Source: a virus (lineage: Duplodnaviria; Caudoviricetes). From it: a DNA stretch of 56,027 nt. The stretch is from positions 1-56,027 of IMG/VR virus record IMGVR_UViG_3300022871_000021; one strand, written 5' to 3'. Below are positions 9,563 to 18,845 of this stretch, piece by piece; position 1 is the stretch's first letter, and the number at the start of each line of letters is the position of its first letter. The notes beneath the pieces are model-generated. The model was not told the DNA's origin, did not search any database, and saw nothing but the letters and a program-made list of their open reading frames with translations. Position numbers and translations under genes: made by a program.

Positions 9563-12500
9563 TTGATGTCTGTTATACTTAAATTTATACCAAATGTAAT
9601 GGAAGAAGCTGGCAGAAGTTCTTATGAACTGCCTTATTTTCTAGATAAGTCTATTAAAGATTATATAAATGAATCTTTGGCCCTGCTTACTGAAGACCCT
9701 TTTCTTGAATATAAAATTATTGTATCTGGGAAAATTGTCGACGACTTGAATGCTGGTGTAAACGATGATGATGAAATAATTATAACTCCTAAAATTAAAG
9801 AGCCTATCAGTACGTTTCTTGTTTGGCTTGGCGGGGGAAGTTTGCTATGGGGTGTAGCTCAAGCAGCGATGTTCGCTTATACAGTTTATTCGGCTTTTCA
9901 AGTTCCGAGAGCTGCTAGTTATGACACTCTAGGAATAGGGATTGATGATGGTTCACCTACTTATAGTTGGAATGGTATCCAAACGACCCAAGATGTTGGC
10001 GGAACCGTCCCCGTTATTTATGGAGAACATAAAGTTGGCGGAAATATTATAAATGCATTTATAAGAAATGATGGGGATAAGAATTATCTTAATGTTTTGC
10101 TCGCTTTAGCAGAAGGGGAAATTGAAGAAATAGCCTCTGTTAAGATAAAAGATAATCCAATCGCAAATTTTGATAATGTTACTACTTATGAACGGATGGG
10201 GACAAATGACCAGACCGTAATATCCAACTTCGAAGACGCCCATAATCTTTATGATGTTACTGTTTCTTTGACTAAAGATAATCCTCATGTTTATACGACT
10301 ATCGACTCAGATGTAGAATCTTTTGGAATTCATTTAGCCTTATCTAGCGGGCTCTTTCAGCAAGATGCTACTGGAAATATTCTCGATTGGGCTGTTACCT
10401 ATAAGGTTGAATACAAACTTCACGCTGACCCTTCATACACGAATTTAGGTGAGACAACTATCACGGCTAAATCACGGGCAGTAGTTAAAAGAGTTTATCG
10501 CAAAACAGGATTAACTGCTGGACAATACGATATAAAGGTAACTAGAATTTCTGATGATTCTCAGCTTAGTCCGATAAAACAAGGAGATTTAACTTGGAAT
10601 CAATTAGATGAGATTAAGACAGATGATTTTAGATATCCTAATACAGCTTTATTAGGCGTCGAAGCTTTAGCGGATGACCAGTTATCAGGAGGTATGCCTA
10701 ATTTTACTTGCGTTGTAAAAGGAAAAAAGATATCTTGCCCTAAAGTTATGAATGGCGCTACTCATGTAGATTGGGCGGATTATTATTATGATTCTTCTAC
10801 TGCTGAGTATAAACTTCTTGCAAGCGGAGCTGCTTTGACTTGGGATGGGGTAACTTATGAAGAGCAATATTGCGCTAATCCGATTTGGTGCTTAAAAGAT
10901 TTAATGGTAAACACAAGATTCGGACTTGGAGAATTTATTGATACAAATATGATAAACGCTTCTCTTTCGGTGGAGATGTCTAAGGTCTGCGAAGAAAAAA
11001 TTGACGACGGAGCCGGAGGCTATGAAAAGAGATATAGATTAGATGTAGTTCTGGATAGCGTTACGAGAGCCTTGGATTTAATTTCTCAATTATGTGTTAC
11101 CTTTAGAGGTTTACCTTTTTATTCTAATGGAACTATTAATGTAAGAATAGATAAGCCTGATACAGCCGTTCAGTTATTCACAATGGGAAATGTTCAGAAA
11201 GGTAGTTTTAGTCAGTCTTGGAAATCTATCAAAGATAAGCCTAACGTAATAGATGTTCAGTTTTTAGACAAGGAAAAAGATTATAAACAGGAGACTATAT
11301 CTTATATAGACGAAGTAGCCCTTACTGCCGGAGACCCATTGAGGAAAAGGACTATTAAAATATTTACTACAAAGTCTTCTTATGCTTTAAGGGAAGCTAG
11401 ATATATTTTAAAGCAATCTAAATATATTAACAAAACTATATCTTTTGGGGCTGGCATAGATGCGGTAGCTTGTCAAGCTGGTGATTTAATTTCTTTTTCT
11501 CACGACGTTACTCAATGGGGATATTCGGGTAGGGTTAAAGGCTCATCCACTACGACCAAAGTTGTTTTAGATAGAAATGTTACTTTAGCTGCTGGAACTT
11601 ATCATTTACTTGTTCAATTTGCTGATGATACGATTGAGGAAAAGGTTGTAAGTACGGGCGTGGGAACGACGAGCATAATAGAAGTTGTAGGAGATGCCTT
11701 TTCTCAAGCCCCACAGATTTATGATACATATGCTTTCGGTATATCAACTGCTCCTAAAAAAGATTTTCGTATTATTTCTATGGGTCGAGATAGAGACTTT
11801 GGCGTAAACGTTACTGGAACTGAATATGAAAGTGATATTTATGATGATACAGCCGTAGATATTCCTGATACAAAGTATTCTGCTCTTGATTTAACAATTC
11901 CTAATGTGTCCGATTTAGCTCTTACTGAAAGATTAGCGACTATGCCCGATGGAACTATAGAGGAAGCTATAGATGTATGGTGGTATAAACCTGCTATGAC
12001 AGACGCTATTAGACAATTCGACCATGTTAAAATTTATATATCCGAAGACAATTTAAACTGGGCCCTTAGAGGGGAATCTAATGATATTCATTTTAGGATT
12101 CAAGGGGATTTGAAATCAGGGAATAAATATTATGTAAGAGTTGTTACCATTACCGTCAACGGAGAAGAAAATCAACTAAGTGCTAGTCCTTATGATGATA
12201 TTACTTTATCAGGTTTGCCCGCTATCCCTTCAGATGTAGCAAATTTCGCCTCTAATTTTGATGATGATTTAGAACTTACTTGGGATAAAATAACTAATAA
12301 TGATTTAGCGGGATATGAAATAAGAAGTGCTGATAATAGTTGGGGAGTAGATAGTGCTGATTTAATCTATCGAGGCTTGGTAAATAGTTATACTTATCAG
12401 CCCGCCTCGAGAACGCCCGGCACGATTTACATTAAGTCCTATAATACAAGTGGAAGTTATTCGGCTACGGCCCAGAATGTTACTCCAACTAATTCTGCGC

Positions 12501-13321
12501 CTGCAGCTCCTACCGTCACCGATACTGTTTGGTTCGGGATGGCTACCCTTGATTGGGGCGATTCGGCAGATGTTGACCTTCAATATTACGAAGTCTATCA
12601 ATCGGAAACTGGGGCTTGGGCCGGGGAAGAATTTCTTGTAAAAAAAGTTAAAGGTACTCAAGCTAACATTCAAGGAAAAACATCTGTGAACGCCGAAGCT
12701 GATGCAGTAGATGCGACTAGTATTACGGATGCTGAATTAATAGGCTCAGGAACAGATGAGTTTAAGCATGATTATGTTAGACAAACTTCAGGAACATATA
12801 AAGACCAAGTAGCTATAGCGACGGCTTACGACGATTCTACGGGAAAGGTTACTGTAGCATCTTGGCCTTCTGGAACGCCTGATGTAGGGGATGAATTTGC
12901 ATTAACTGATAGAGCTTTTTTCAAGGTTCGAGGGGTAGATACTTACGGAGCGGGTTCTTTCTCCTCTGAAAAGACTATTAGTTTTGACCCTCTTTCCGAA
13001 TTTTTGATAGAAGATGGCTCAATAACTACAGATAAACTAGCAGATTTAGCTGTTACCGAGGGCAAAATAGCAGCCGAAGCTGTTACCGCAGGGAAACTTT
13101 ATACAGGAGAATTAATAACTCTTTCGGCTCAGATTAAGGATGCTATTATTACGTCTGCTAAAATTTTAAATTTGAATGCGGATAAAATAAACGTAGGAAC
13201 ATTAACAGGTTTTACGATTAGAACTTCAGCGACTAATCCAAGAGTTGAAATGTCTGGAGACTCTTTAAAGATTTATGATGCGGGCGGAAATCTAGTTGTA
13301 GTTTTAGGAGATGTTAGCTAA
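9563..13321 (+). CDS. Tail tip/central fibre, lambda gpJ-like, with fused gpI-like N-terminus
   Basis: VPVIYGEHKVGG, ALAEGEIE, YPNTALLGV, NPIWCL.D and GDLI motifs; FN3-like repeats; C-terminal ITTDKL/LNADKI repeats; likely start ATG 9566. Confidence 0.92.
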   Translation: MMSVILKFIPNVMEEAGRSSYELPYFLDKSIKDYINESLALLTEDPFLEYKIIVSGKIVDDLNAGVNDDDEIIITPKIKEPISTFLVWLGGGSLLWGVAQAAMFAYTVYSAFQVPRAASYDTLGIGIDDGSPTYSWNGIQTTQDVGGTVPVIYGEHKVGGNIINAFIRNDGDKNYLNVLLALAEGEIEEIASVKIKDNPIANFDNVTTYERMGTNDQTVISNFEDAHNLYDVTVSLTKDNPHVYTTIDSDVESFGIHLALSSGLFQQDATGNILDWAVTYKVEYKLHADPSYTNLGETTITAKSRAVVKRVYRKTGLTAGQYDIKVTRISDDSQLSPIKQGDLTWNQLDEIKTDDFRYPNTALLGVEALADDQLSGGMPNFTCVVKGKKISCPKVMNGATHVDWADYYYDSSTAEYKLLASGAALTWDGVTYEEQYCANPIWCLKDLMVNTRFGLGEFIDTNMINASLSVEMSKVCEEKIDDGAGGYEKRYRLDVVLDSVTRALDLISQLCVTFRGLPFYSNGTINVRIDKPDTAVQLFTMGNVQKGSFSQSWKSIKDKPNVIDVQFLDKEKDYKQETISYIDEVALTAGDPLRKRTIKIFTTKSSYALREARYILKQSKYINKTISFGAGIDAVACQAGDLISFSHDVTQWGYSGRVKGSSTTTKVVLDRNVTLAAGTYHLLVQFADDTIEEKVVSTGVGTTSIIEVVGDAFSQAPQIYDTYAFGISTAPKKDFRIISMGRDRDFGVNVTGTEYESDIYDDTAVDIPDTKYSALDLTIPNVSDLALTERLATMPDGTIEEAIDVWWYKPAMTDAIRQFDHVKIYISEDNLNWALRGESNDIHFRIQGDLKSGNKYYVRVVTITVNGEENQLSASPYDDITLSGLPAIPSDVANFASNFDDDLELTWDKITNNDLAGYEIRSADNSWGVDSADLIYRGLVNSYTYQPASRTPGTIYIKSYNTSGSYSATAQNVTPTNSAPAAPTVTDTVWFGMATLDWGDSADVDLQYYEVYQSETGAWAGEEFLVKKVKGTQANIQGKTSVNAEADAVDATSITDAELIGSGTDEFKHDYVRQTSGTYKDQVAIATAYDDSTGKVTVASWPSGTPDVGDEFALTDRAFFKVRGVDTYGAGSFSSEKTISFDPLSEFLIEDGSITTDKLADLAVTEGKIAAEAVTAGKLYTGELITLSAQIKDAIITSAKILNLNADKINVGTLTGFTIRTSATNPRVEMSGDSLKIYDAGGNLVVVLGDVS

Positions 13322-14133
13322 TGGATTTACCATTATTATATGAATCTATATCGATTGCTGAAGAAAACGAAATAAGCGCTTTAGCGATATTTGCATATGA
13401 TTATATTATTTTAATTGACGTAGACGAAGTAGAAAGAGAAGTTTTAGATAGAAGCGAAACTATTATAGTAAGCGAGAGTGTCACTTTAGATATAAAGGTT
13501 TATGGAGTTAAAATTATAAGTCCTGTTGATGAAAATTTGTTCACCATTTTAACTGCAGATGTTTCTACGATTTTTAGTGCGGGAAGGGTTACGATGCCTA
13601 ACGCTTTAAATGTAGACGGGACTTATGGAACAGACATAGCTCTTTCAGATTTAGGTGCTGTTCCTTTAGCGGATGTTGGAGTTTTATTGTTTCCTGTTGA
13701 GTTTACTTATGCGATAACGAATATTGAGCTTTTAGTAAGCGTCTATCCTCAAGCTATTGCTTATATGGATTCAAGTGAAAATTATTATGAGCATAATAAA
13801 GCGAACGGGCAAATGACGGCTTGGACGGCGGGAAATTTAACTAATGGAGATGCCACTACATTTGATTATATCGCCTCAATGTTCCCTGTAGCCTTTTGGG
13901 ATATAATGGGTCAGACGACCTTTACTCAGGTGAGACTTTTTGCGGGAATGTGTTATTTAATTTATGATTCAAGTGCTGGAGTTTATAAAAAAGTTTATTC
14001 GATAGGAAACAAAGGAGTTTCTAAAATAGATTATTCTGTATTCATTAAACATTATAATCCGCAACCAAAGTATATCGAGATTGGACTAGACGGAATAGCT
14101 GTTAATGAGAATGTTTCATTGGGGGTTTCTTAA
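13321..14133 (+). CDS. Tail tip accessory protein, paralogue 1 (acidic repeats at both ends)
   Basis: Follows J; shares a YG..I...DV..I..AG...P..LN.DGTYG domain with the next two genes. Confidence 0.6.
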   Translation: MDLPLLYESISIAEENEISALAIFAYDYIILIDVDEVEREVLDRSETIIVSESVTLDIKVYGVKIISPVDENLFTILTADVSTIFSAGRVTMPNALNVDGTYGTDIALSDLGAVPLADVGVLLFPVEFTYAITNIELLVSVYPQAIAYMDSSENYYEHNKANGQMTAWTAGNLTNGDATTFDYIASMFPVAFWDIMGQTTFTQVRLFAGMCYLIYDSSAGVYKKVYSIGNKGVSKIDYSVFIKHYNPQPKYIEIGLDGIAVNENVSLGVS

Positions 14134-15779
14134 TGAGTGTAGTTAATTTAATAAAAAATCCAGATTTTTTAACTGCATCTGACTGGAATACTGTTTGGGA
14201 GGGCGGTGGTTATCCTACTAATACTGCTCAATATGTTTATTCATATTCTAATGCTTATATTCGTGACCATTGTAGACGATTAGCTAAGACGGTCGACGGA
14301 AATATAGGAACTGCTCAGACTGTAGACTTTGGATATAACGTGCAAGGATTGAAGTTTAAGTTAGGGGCTTGGGTTAAAATAATATTATGCGCTGTAGGGG
14401 GAGGGGGTCAATTATCTGCTTTTTGGTATGATGATTCTGATGTCCAAGTAGGGTCTGAAATTGTTATTGATACGATGTCGGCAGTCCAAAATTATACCCT
14501 TCATTCTGATGAGTTGACGGCTCCTTCGGGAGCATATAAGTTAAAGATTTATTTTAAGGCTACTGGCGGAGCGATTTCCGTTACGGCCTATTTGGGATTA
14601 GTTTATATTTTTAGTCCTACAGATTATGGATTATTAGTGAGCGATGGGTTAGGTAATAATTCTTTTCTTATCCCAGATGTTGCGACGATTGTAGCCTCGG
14701 GAACTGTTTCTTTGCCTGTGGGTTTAAACGCTGATGGGACTTACGGGGCTGAAATTGATTTACCTGTATTAGAGCAAATAAATTCTGATTATATTGGGGT
14801 TTTATGTCAGGTAAGAGATTTTGATTGGAAAGCTAAAGTAAATATTTTAGCCTATGATGGGGGAAATAAATTTTGGGGAAGCTTTTTTGGTGATAGTGCT
14901 ATTACGTATTACGAGAAAAATGTAGATACAGGAGTAATGACGGCTTGGACGGCGGGAGCGATGACGCCCGGCAATCAGCTTACTTGGGACTCGATTTTAA
15001 GTTCTGGTTTATTAGTCGGGTGGGATAGAAACGAAGTAGAAACATCAAAGATAAGATTATTTGCTTCTATGTATTATTCATTTTTAAAAACTACTCCTGC
15101 CACCCCTGCTACGACTGCTCTATACGCAAGGTATGAAAATATATCTGTAAATAATAAATCAGGATATTCTTTGAGTACCGTTCAAGGGTCAGCCGAAAAT
15201 AATTATGAAATTACGTGCCCTTACATAGATTATGGCGGATGGTGGATGAATGTTTTTTGGAAGGGCCCTATTAGTACGTTTGATATTTATATTGTTCATT
15301 CAGATGGAACTGAAGACTTATTAGCTTCGGATGTAGCTTATAATGATGCGGGATGGAACGTTACGGATTCGACTGCAGAAGGGGCTGTTAGCGGAACTTG
15401 GGCTTGCCCTGATACGGTTCTTGTAACCACAGATGCTTTGAGGTTCGTGCTAAAAGGAAGCGGTGAATTTTTGGGTGGTTTATTGCAGGCTAGTTGGCCG
15501 TTTAGCTTTACTATATCTTTTATTACCGGAGGGCTTGGATGGATAAGATTGAATCCCGCTACTTGGACTTTTACTAGATATTTTTGGGCATACGCTCAAA
15601 GAACGCAAAACGGAAAATTTAGAACATATTGGGGAGATGCAAGCAAAGAAGTTAAAATAGAAGGAATAAATTATACCCCTTTGGCCGGAGGGGTTAAGAA
15701 TGTAAACTCAATAGGCTCTAATGGAGTTAGTGAAGTGGATTATGTTGTTTATTTAAAAAATTATGCGGGGATATCATAA
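14133..15779 (+). CDS. Tail tip protein, paralogue 2, with N-terminal carbohydrate-binding-like domain and large insert (candidate receptor-binding protein)
   Basis: NLIKNPDF start typical of CBM4/9-like modules; shared domain interrupted by a ~200 aa aromatic-rich insert. Confidence 0.6.
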   Translation: MSVVNLIKNPDFLTASDWNTVWEGGGYPTNTAQYVYSYSNAYIRDHCRRLAKTVDGNIGTAQTVDFGYNVQGLKFKLGAWVKIILCAVGGGGQLSAFWYDDSDVQVGSEIVIDTMSAVQNYTLHSDELTAPSGAYKLKIYFKATGGAISVTAYLGLVYIFSPTDYGLLVSDGLGNNSFLIPDVATIVASGTVSLPVGLNADGTYGAEIDLPVLEQINSDYIGVLCQVRDFDWKAKVNILAYDGGNKFWGSFFGDSAITYYEKNVDTGVMTAWTAGAMTPGNQLTWDSILSSGLLVGWDRNEVETSKIRLFASMYYSFLKTTPATPATTALYARYENISVNNKSGYSLSTVQGSAENNYEITCPYIDYGGWWMNVFWKGPISTFDIYIVHSDGTEDLLASDVAYNDAGWNVTDSTAEGAVSGTWACPDTVLVTTDALRFVLKGSGEFLGGLLQASWPFSFTISFITGGLGWIRLNPATWTFTRYFWAYAQRTQNGKFRTYWGDASKEVKIEGINYTPLAGGVKNVNSIGSNGVSEVDYVVYLKNYAGIS

Positions 15780-16324
15780 TGCCTTATGGACTAAAGATTA
15801 GTGATGCACAGGGGAACGTTGTTCAACTTAGACCTAATGTCTCTAATATCGTAAGTGCAGGTCTATCCCTCATCCCTAATGCTTTATGGCCTGATAATAC
15901 TTTTGGCGTAAATGTTAAGTTACCGGGCTTAGCCGATTTTAATGAAAATAGTGTTGGAGTTTTAGCGAATGTTAGAGAGTGGAATTCGACAACATCATAT
16001 TTATGGGTTGGGGGAGGACTAAGCCCAGAACAATGGGGCTTATTTAGATATGTTAATACTGCTTTAACGTATTATGAACATAATATTGCTGATGGAACTA
16101 TGAGCGTATTTACTCCCGAGTTCGCTAAAGATACAATATTTAATCAACATGGCATAGCGTTTTGGGATAAAATGGGGCAGACCGAACTTGATACGATAAG
16201 GATATTTGCTGCTTTAATTTTATATATTTATGACCGTTCGGCTTCGGTTTATAAAAAAATATATGCTATTTCTAGAATCAATAAGGTTGATTTTGCTGTG
16301 TTTGCAAAAGATTTAAAAGGATAA
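15779..16324 (+). CDS. Tail tip accessory protein, paralogue 3 (minimal form)
   Basis: MPYGLKISDAQGN start; AFWD.MGQT...R.FA..IYD.SA.VYKK.Y shared with paralogue 1. Confidence 0.6.
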   Translation: MPYGLKISDAQGNVVQLRPNVSNIVSAGLSLIPNALWPDNTFGVNVKLPGLADFNENSVGVLANVREWNSTTSYLWVGGGLSPEQWGLFRYVNTALTYYEHNIADGTMSVFTPEFAKDTIFNQHGIAFWDKMGQTELDTIRIFAALILYIYDRSASVYKKIYAISRINKVDFAVFAKDLKG

Positions 16325-16326
16325 AA

Positions 16327-16686
16327 ATGTTATTAGGATATGACAAAAATGGCGATGTTCAGTTTATGTTTACGGATGAAAAATATTTGAGCCGTAGATT
16401 TCCGAATGATACGGCTAAGATATCTAATTTTTGGAAAATAAAGAATCATGGTTTAACGGAGTTTTTTATTCCCATAGCTATTGTAAAAGATTGGGATAAC
16501 ATTAAAGCATATAAAATCGTCAAGAATAGGTTAGTTAAAAGGAAGAAGGAAGAAGTGGTTAATCTTAATAAGCAGAAACCCAAAATTTTATCACAGGGTC
16601 TTTTTGCTAAGAACATTTCAAAAGAACCGTATATAGCTTCCGCTATAGTAGATTCCGATGAAATCGTAAGAGAGGAGCAAAGATGA
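16327..16686 (+). CDS. Hypothetical protein (possible fibre assembly factor)
   Basis: ORF in the late operon; no recognised motif. Confidence 0.45.
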   Translation: MLLGYDKNGDVQFMFTDEKYLSRRFPNDTAKISNFWKIKNHGLTEFFIPIAIVKDWDNIKAYKIVKNRLVKRKKEEVVNLNKQKPKILSQGLFAKNISKEPYIASAIVDSDEIVREEQR

Positions 16687-16988
16687 TATCCATAGAAATT
16701 GTGGAATTATATGTAAAATATGGAGTAGGAGCTTTTTTGACCATAGTGATGACTGGTCTTTTTATCTGGATGATAAAGTATTTTGTCATTAGAACCGTAA
16801 GCAAAATAGAAAAAGTTGGTGAGACTCTGGACAAAGTAGCTTCTAAGATGGAAACAGGCTTTGACAAGCTGTGGCAGAAAATAGATACCCACGAAGCTTC
16901 ATCTTCTGAGGCCTCTAGATATGTAAGAGAAGAACATAAGCAAATGATTGAAACTCTTGGCCGCATTAATGGTTATCAAAAAGAATAA
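16683..16988 (+). CDS. Holin-like protein (one TM plus coiled coil)
   Basis: YGVGAFLTIVMTGLFIWMI TM segment then coiled coil; follows the tail genes. Confidence 0.6.
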   Translation: MISIEIVELYVKYGVGAFLTIVMTGLFIWMIKYFVIRTVSKIEKVGETLDKVASKMETGFDKLWQKIDTHEASSSEASRYVREEHKQMIETLGRINGYQKE

Positions 16989-17035
16989 TTTGGAAGAGGT
17001 TGAAATAGCGTTAAATAACATAAAATTAAGAGGAG

Positions 17036-17284
17036 GTGGTTGAAGTGATTAAAATGATAACAAAAATAAAAAATTTAATTCCTGTCGTCTTGGGGATAAT
17101 TCAGGTTGTCCTTCCTATCATAAAAGAAATTTTGGTGGGATTGACTAGAATCTGTGAAGTAGTTTTCTTTTGGACGGATATTGACGAGAAAGTCATAGCA
17201 TTTTTAAATAAATATTATGATATTGTCAATAATTTTGTAGAAAAAATTAAACGATGGTTGTTAGGAATGGGATGGACAATTTAA
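17036..17284 (+). CDS. Small membrane protein (holin/antiholin-like)
   Basis: Hydrophobic amphipathic helices; SD AGAGGAGGTG; lysis region. Confidence 0.45.
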   Translation: MVEVIKMITKIKNLIPVVLGIIQVVLPIIKEILVGLTRICEVVFFWTDIDEKVIAFLNKYYDIVNNFVEKIKRWLLGMGWTI

Positions 17285-17292
17285 CGTAACAA

Positions 17293-17360
17293 GTGGAGGG
17301 GTGGACGGAAGTGACCTCCTTTCGCTCTAGTTCGCACCTAGAGATTATCTGCCCCTCTGC
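17293..17360 (+). ncRNA. Candidate structured RNA (three-way junction with T-loop-like hairpin and anti-SD loop)
   Basis: P1 17293-17305/17348-17360 (13 bp, 4 G-U); P2 CGGAAG/CTTTCG with loop TGACCTC; P3 CTCTAG/CTAGAG with loop TTCGCAC; GC-rich island in an AT-rich intergenic. Confidence 0.55.
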
Positions 17361-17383
17361 GACATTTTACAAAGAGGTGACTT

Positions 17384-17563
17384 ATGTGGGCTTCAATTTT
17401 AGGGTTTATAAAATTATCAGGTAAACTTTTAACATTATTTTTAGATAAAATAAAGAAAAGAACAAAAATGAGAAAGGAGGTCAAAGATGATATTGAAAAA
17501 GGGATTGACTCTCGGGACCCTTCTCGTATTAATCGTGCTTTTGGTAAGTCAAAGCGGTTGTAG
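17384..17563 (+). CDS. Putative inner-membrane spanin (Rz-like), 59 aa, absent from ORF track
   Basis: SD AGAGGTGA plus ATG; MWASILGFIKLSGKLLTLFL hydrophobic N-terminus then charged helix; overlaps the lipoprotein gene out of frame. Confidence 0.5.
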   Translation: MWASILGFIKLSGKLLTLFLDKIKKRTKMRKEVKDDIEKGIDSRDPSRINRAFGKSKRL

Positions 17564-17786
17564 TTTATTACGAAAAGAAGTAAGATTATATCCTATTGAG
17601 AAATCGGATATTTTTAATGTTCCTAAAGGGGCGATAGTTTTAATTCCAAAAGGGACAGTTTCTACAGATAAAAAGGGAAAAGCTATTTTAACTTGGCCCG
17701 AGACTAAAATTCCTATAGAGAAACAGGGCTGGTTTGTTTCAGATTTTTGGTTGGACGAAGTAGGAGAAGTTAAGATAGGAAGATAA
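17487..17786 (+). CDS. Lipoprotein, putative outer-membrane spanin (Rz1-like)
   Basis: Signal peptide with lipobox-like LVSQSG-C; SD AAGGAGG; overlaps the upstream TM ORF. Confidence 0.6.
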   Translation: MILKKGLTLGTLLVLIVLLVSQSGCSLLRKEVRLYPIEKSDIFNVPKGAIVLIPKGTVSTDKKGKAILTWPETKIPIEKQGWFVSDFWLDEVGEVKIGR

Positions 17787-17808
17787 TAAAATAAATGGAG
17801 GTCAGATT

Positions 17809-18108
17809 ATGATTGTTTTAAAGAAAAATGATTATGGAACACCTATTCTCTTTAAGATTAGGACAAACGAAAAAGAAATTCCACTTATAGGCTCGAAGGT
17901 AATTTTTGATTTTATATCAAAAGATACAAATAAGAGAATAGGTGGAGGTGAATGTAAAATAACAGACGAAGCTTTGGGTCAAGCTCTTTATGAATTTAAA
18001 GATGGCGAGTTGGCTCAGGTAGGAGAGTATCAAGGAAAAGTAACAATAGACTTATCTCAAGGGGCTAAAAGGGAAGGCCTCACTCTTGAATTTAATGTAA
18101 TAGACTAA
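17809..18108 (+). CDS. BppU N-terminal-like (DUF2479-like) virion protein
   Basis: KNDYGTP..F...L.G.KV...ITD...G...Y.F...EL...GEY.G.V pattern. Confidence 0.65.
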   Translation: MIVLKKNDYGTPILFKIRTNEKEIPLIGSKVIFDFISKDTNKRIGGGECKITDEALGQALYEFKDGELAQVGEYQGKVTIDLSQGAKREGLTLEFNVID

Positions 18109-18127
18109 AATATAATAAATTAAATAT

Positions 18128-18193
18128 AACGCTTCATTTATACGCATTAAGCTTTAGGCTAAGTGTAAAATATAGATGAAGCGTTTTTTTTCT
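18128..18193 (+). terminator. Intrinsic terminator ending the late operon
   Basis: AACGCTTCATTTATA ... TATAGATGAAGCGTT inverted repeat followed by a T-tract. Confidence 0.7.
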
Positions 18194-18240
18194 TCCCTTT
18201 TGCCTTTGAAATTTTTTTTAAAATATCGAAAATTCTTCTC

Positions 18241-18268
18241 TTGACAGTATATTATAATATGTTATATT
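18241..18268 (+). promoter_or_regulatory. Sigma70-type early promoter (class A)
   Basis: TTGACA-N16-TATATT with extended -10 TG; same design at 23389, 26356, 28584, 39090 and 54472. Confidence 0.75.
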
Positions 18269-18312
18269 ATATTATAGGAACAAAAACAACATGAATAAAG
18301 GGGAGAAAAATA

Positions 18313-18537
18313 ATGGATATGAATAGGATTAGAAGAGTAAAAGATAGATTTTATACACAGATTGATGAAAATATTTCCTATGAAAATGTTCTCCGAAAGG
18401 TCAGAAAAGAAGCTAAGAAAATGAAACACGGACAGTTAGAACAAAAATATTCTAAAACAATTATACAAGAGGCCTTGAATGGAAGAGGAACAAGTGAAAC
18501 TGAAAGAGATTTTGTAATGAGAACGGGAAGATATTAA
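18313..18537 (+). CDS. Hypothetical early protein
   Basis: SD AAGGGGAG; first gene after the promoter. Confidence 0.55.
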   Translation: MDMNRIRRVKDRFYTQIDENISYENVLRKVRKEAKKMKHGQLEQKYSKTIIQEALNGRGTSETERDFVMRTGRY

Positions 18538-18538
18538 T

Positions 18539-18775
18539 ATGGAAAAGAAGACACTTATAGGAACTTGTGTAGATAACCCTTTCAGAGAGATGGAAAAGCT
18601 CGAAAAGATTATCGATGAGGCTAAAAAAATAAGTAAAAGAACGTTTTTTAAAAGATGCGAGATAGCCTTAGAAATAGAAGAAGATATAAAACGATTTCCC
18701 AATGATTATGAATTTTATAAATATCAAGAGATATACTTTTACCGATGGAGTGCTATTGAACATTTTTATAAATGA
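18539..18775 (+). CDS. Hypothetical early protein
   Basis: GTCV...SAIEHF pattern seen in small phage proteins; tight packing. Confidence 0.55.
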   Translation: MEKKTLIGTCVDNPFREMEKLEKIIDEAKKISKRTFFKRCEIALEIEEDIKRFPNDYEFYKYQEIYFYRWSAIEHFYK

Positions 18776-18800
18776 TTAATGATAGTTGATATATATTATG

Positions 18801-18815
18801 GATGATAGCTATAAT
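18801..18815 (+). promoter_or_regulatory. Class B promoter-like motif GATGAT(A/G)GCTATAAY (first copy)
   Basis: GCTATAA(T/C) core recurs at gene boundaries at 18808, 19856, 22028, 23449, 26416, 28554, 35151, 39758, 40310, 43823 and 51010. Confidence 0.6.
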
Positions 18816-18845
18816 ACTACAGAAGATAAACAAAGGGAGGACAAG

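Noticed and set aside
13321-16324. Diversity-generating retroelement target repeats
   Set aside because: Only a 22-bp identity, no long template/variable pair with adenine-specific mismatches, and no reverse transcriptase in the window
17293-17360. tRNA gene suggested by the TTCGCAC T-loop
   Set aside because: Only three stems, with no D-arm/anticodon layout or CCA; kept as a non-tRNA structured RNA candidate
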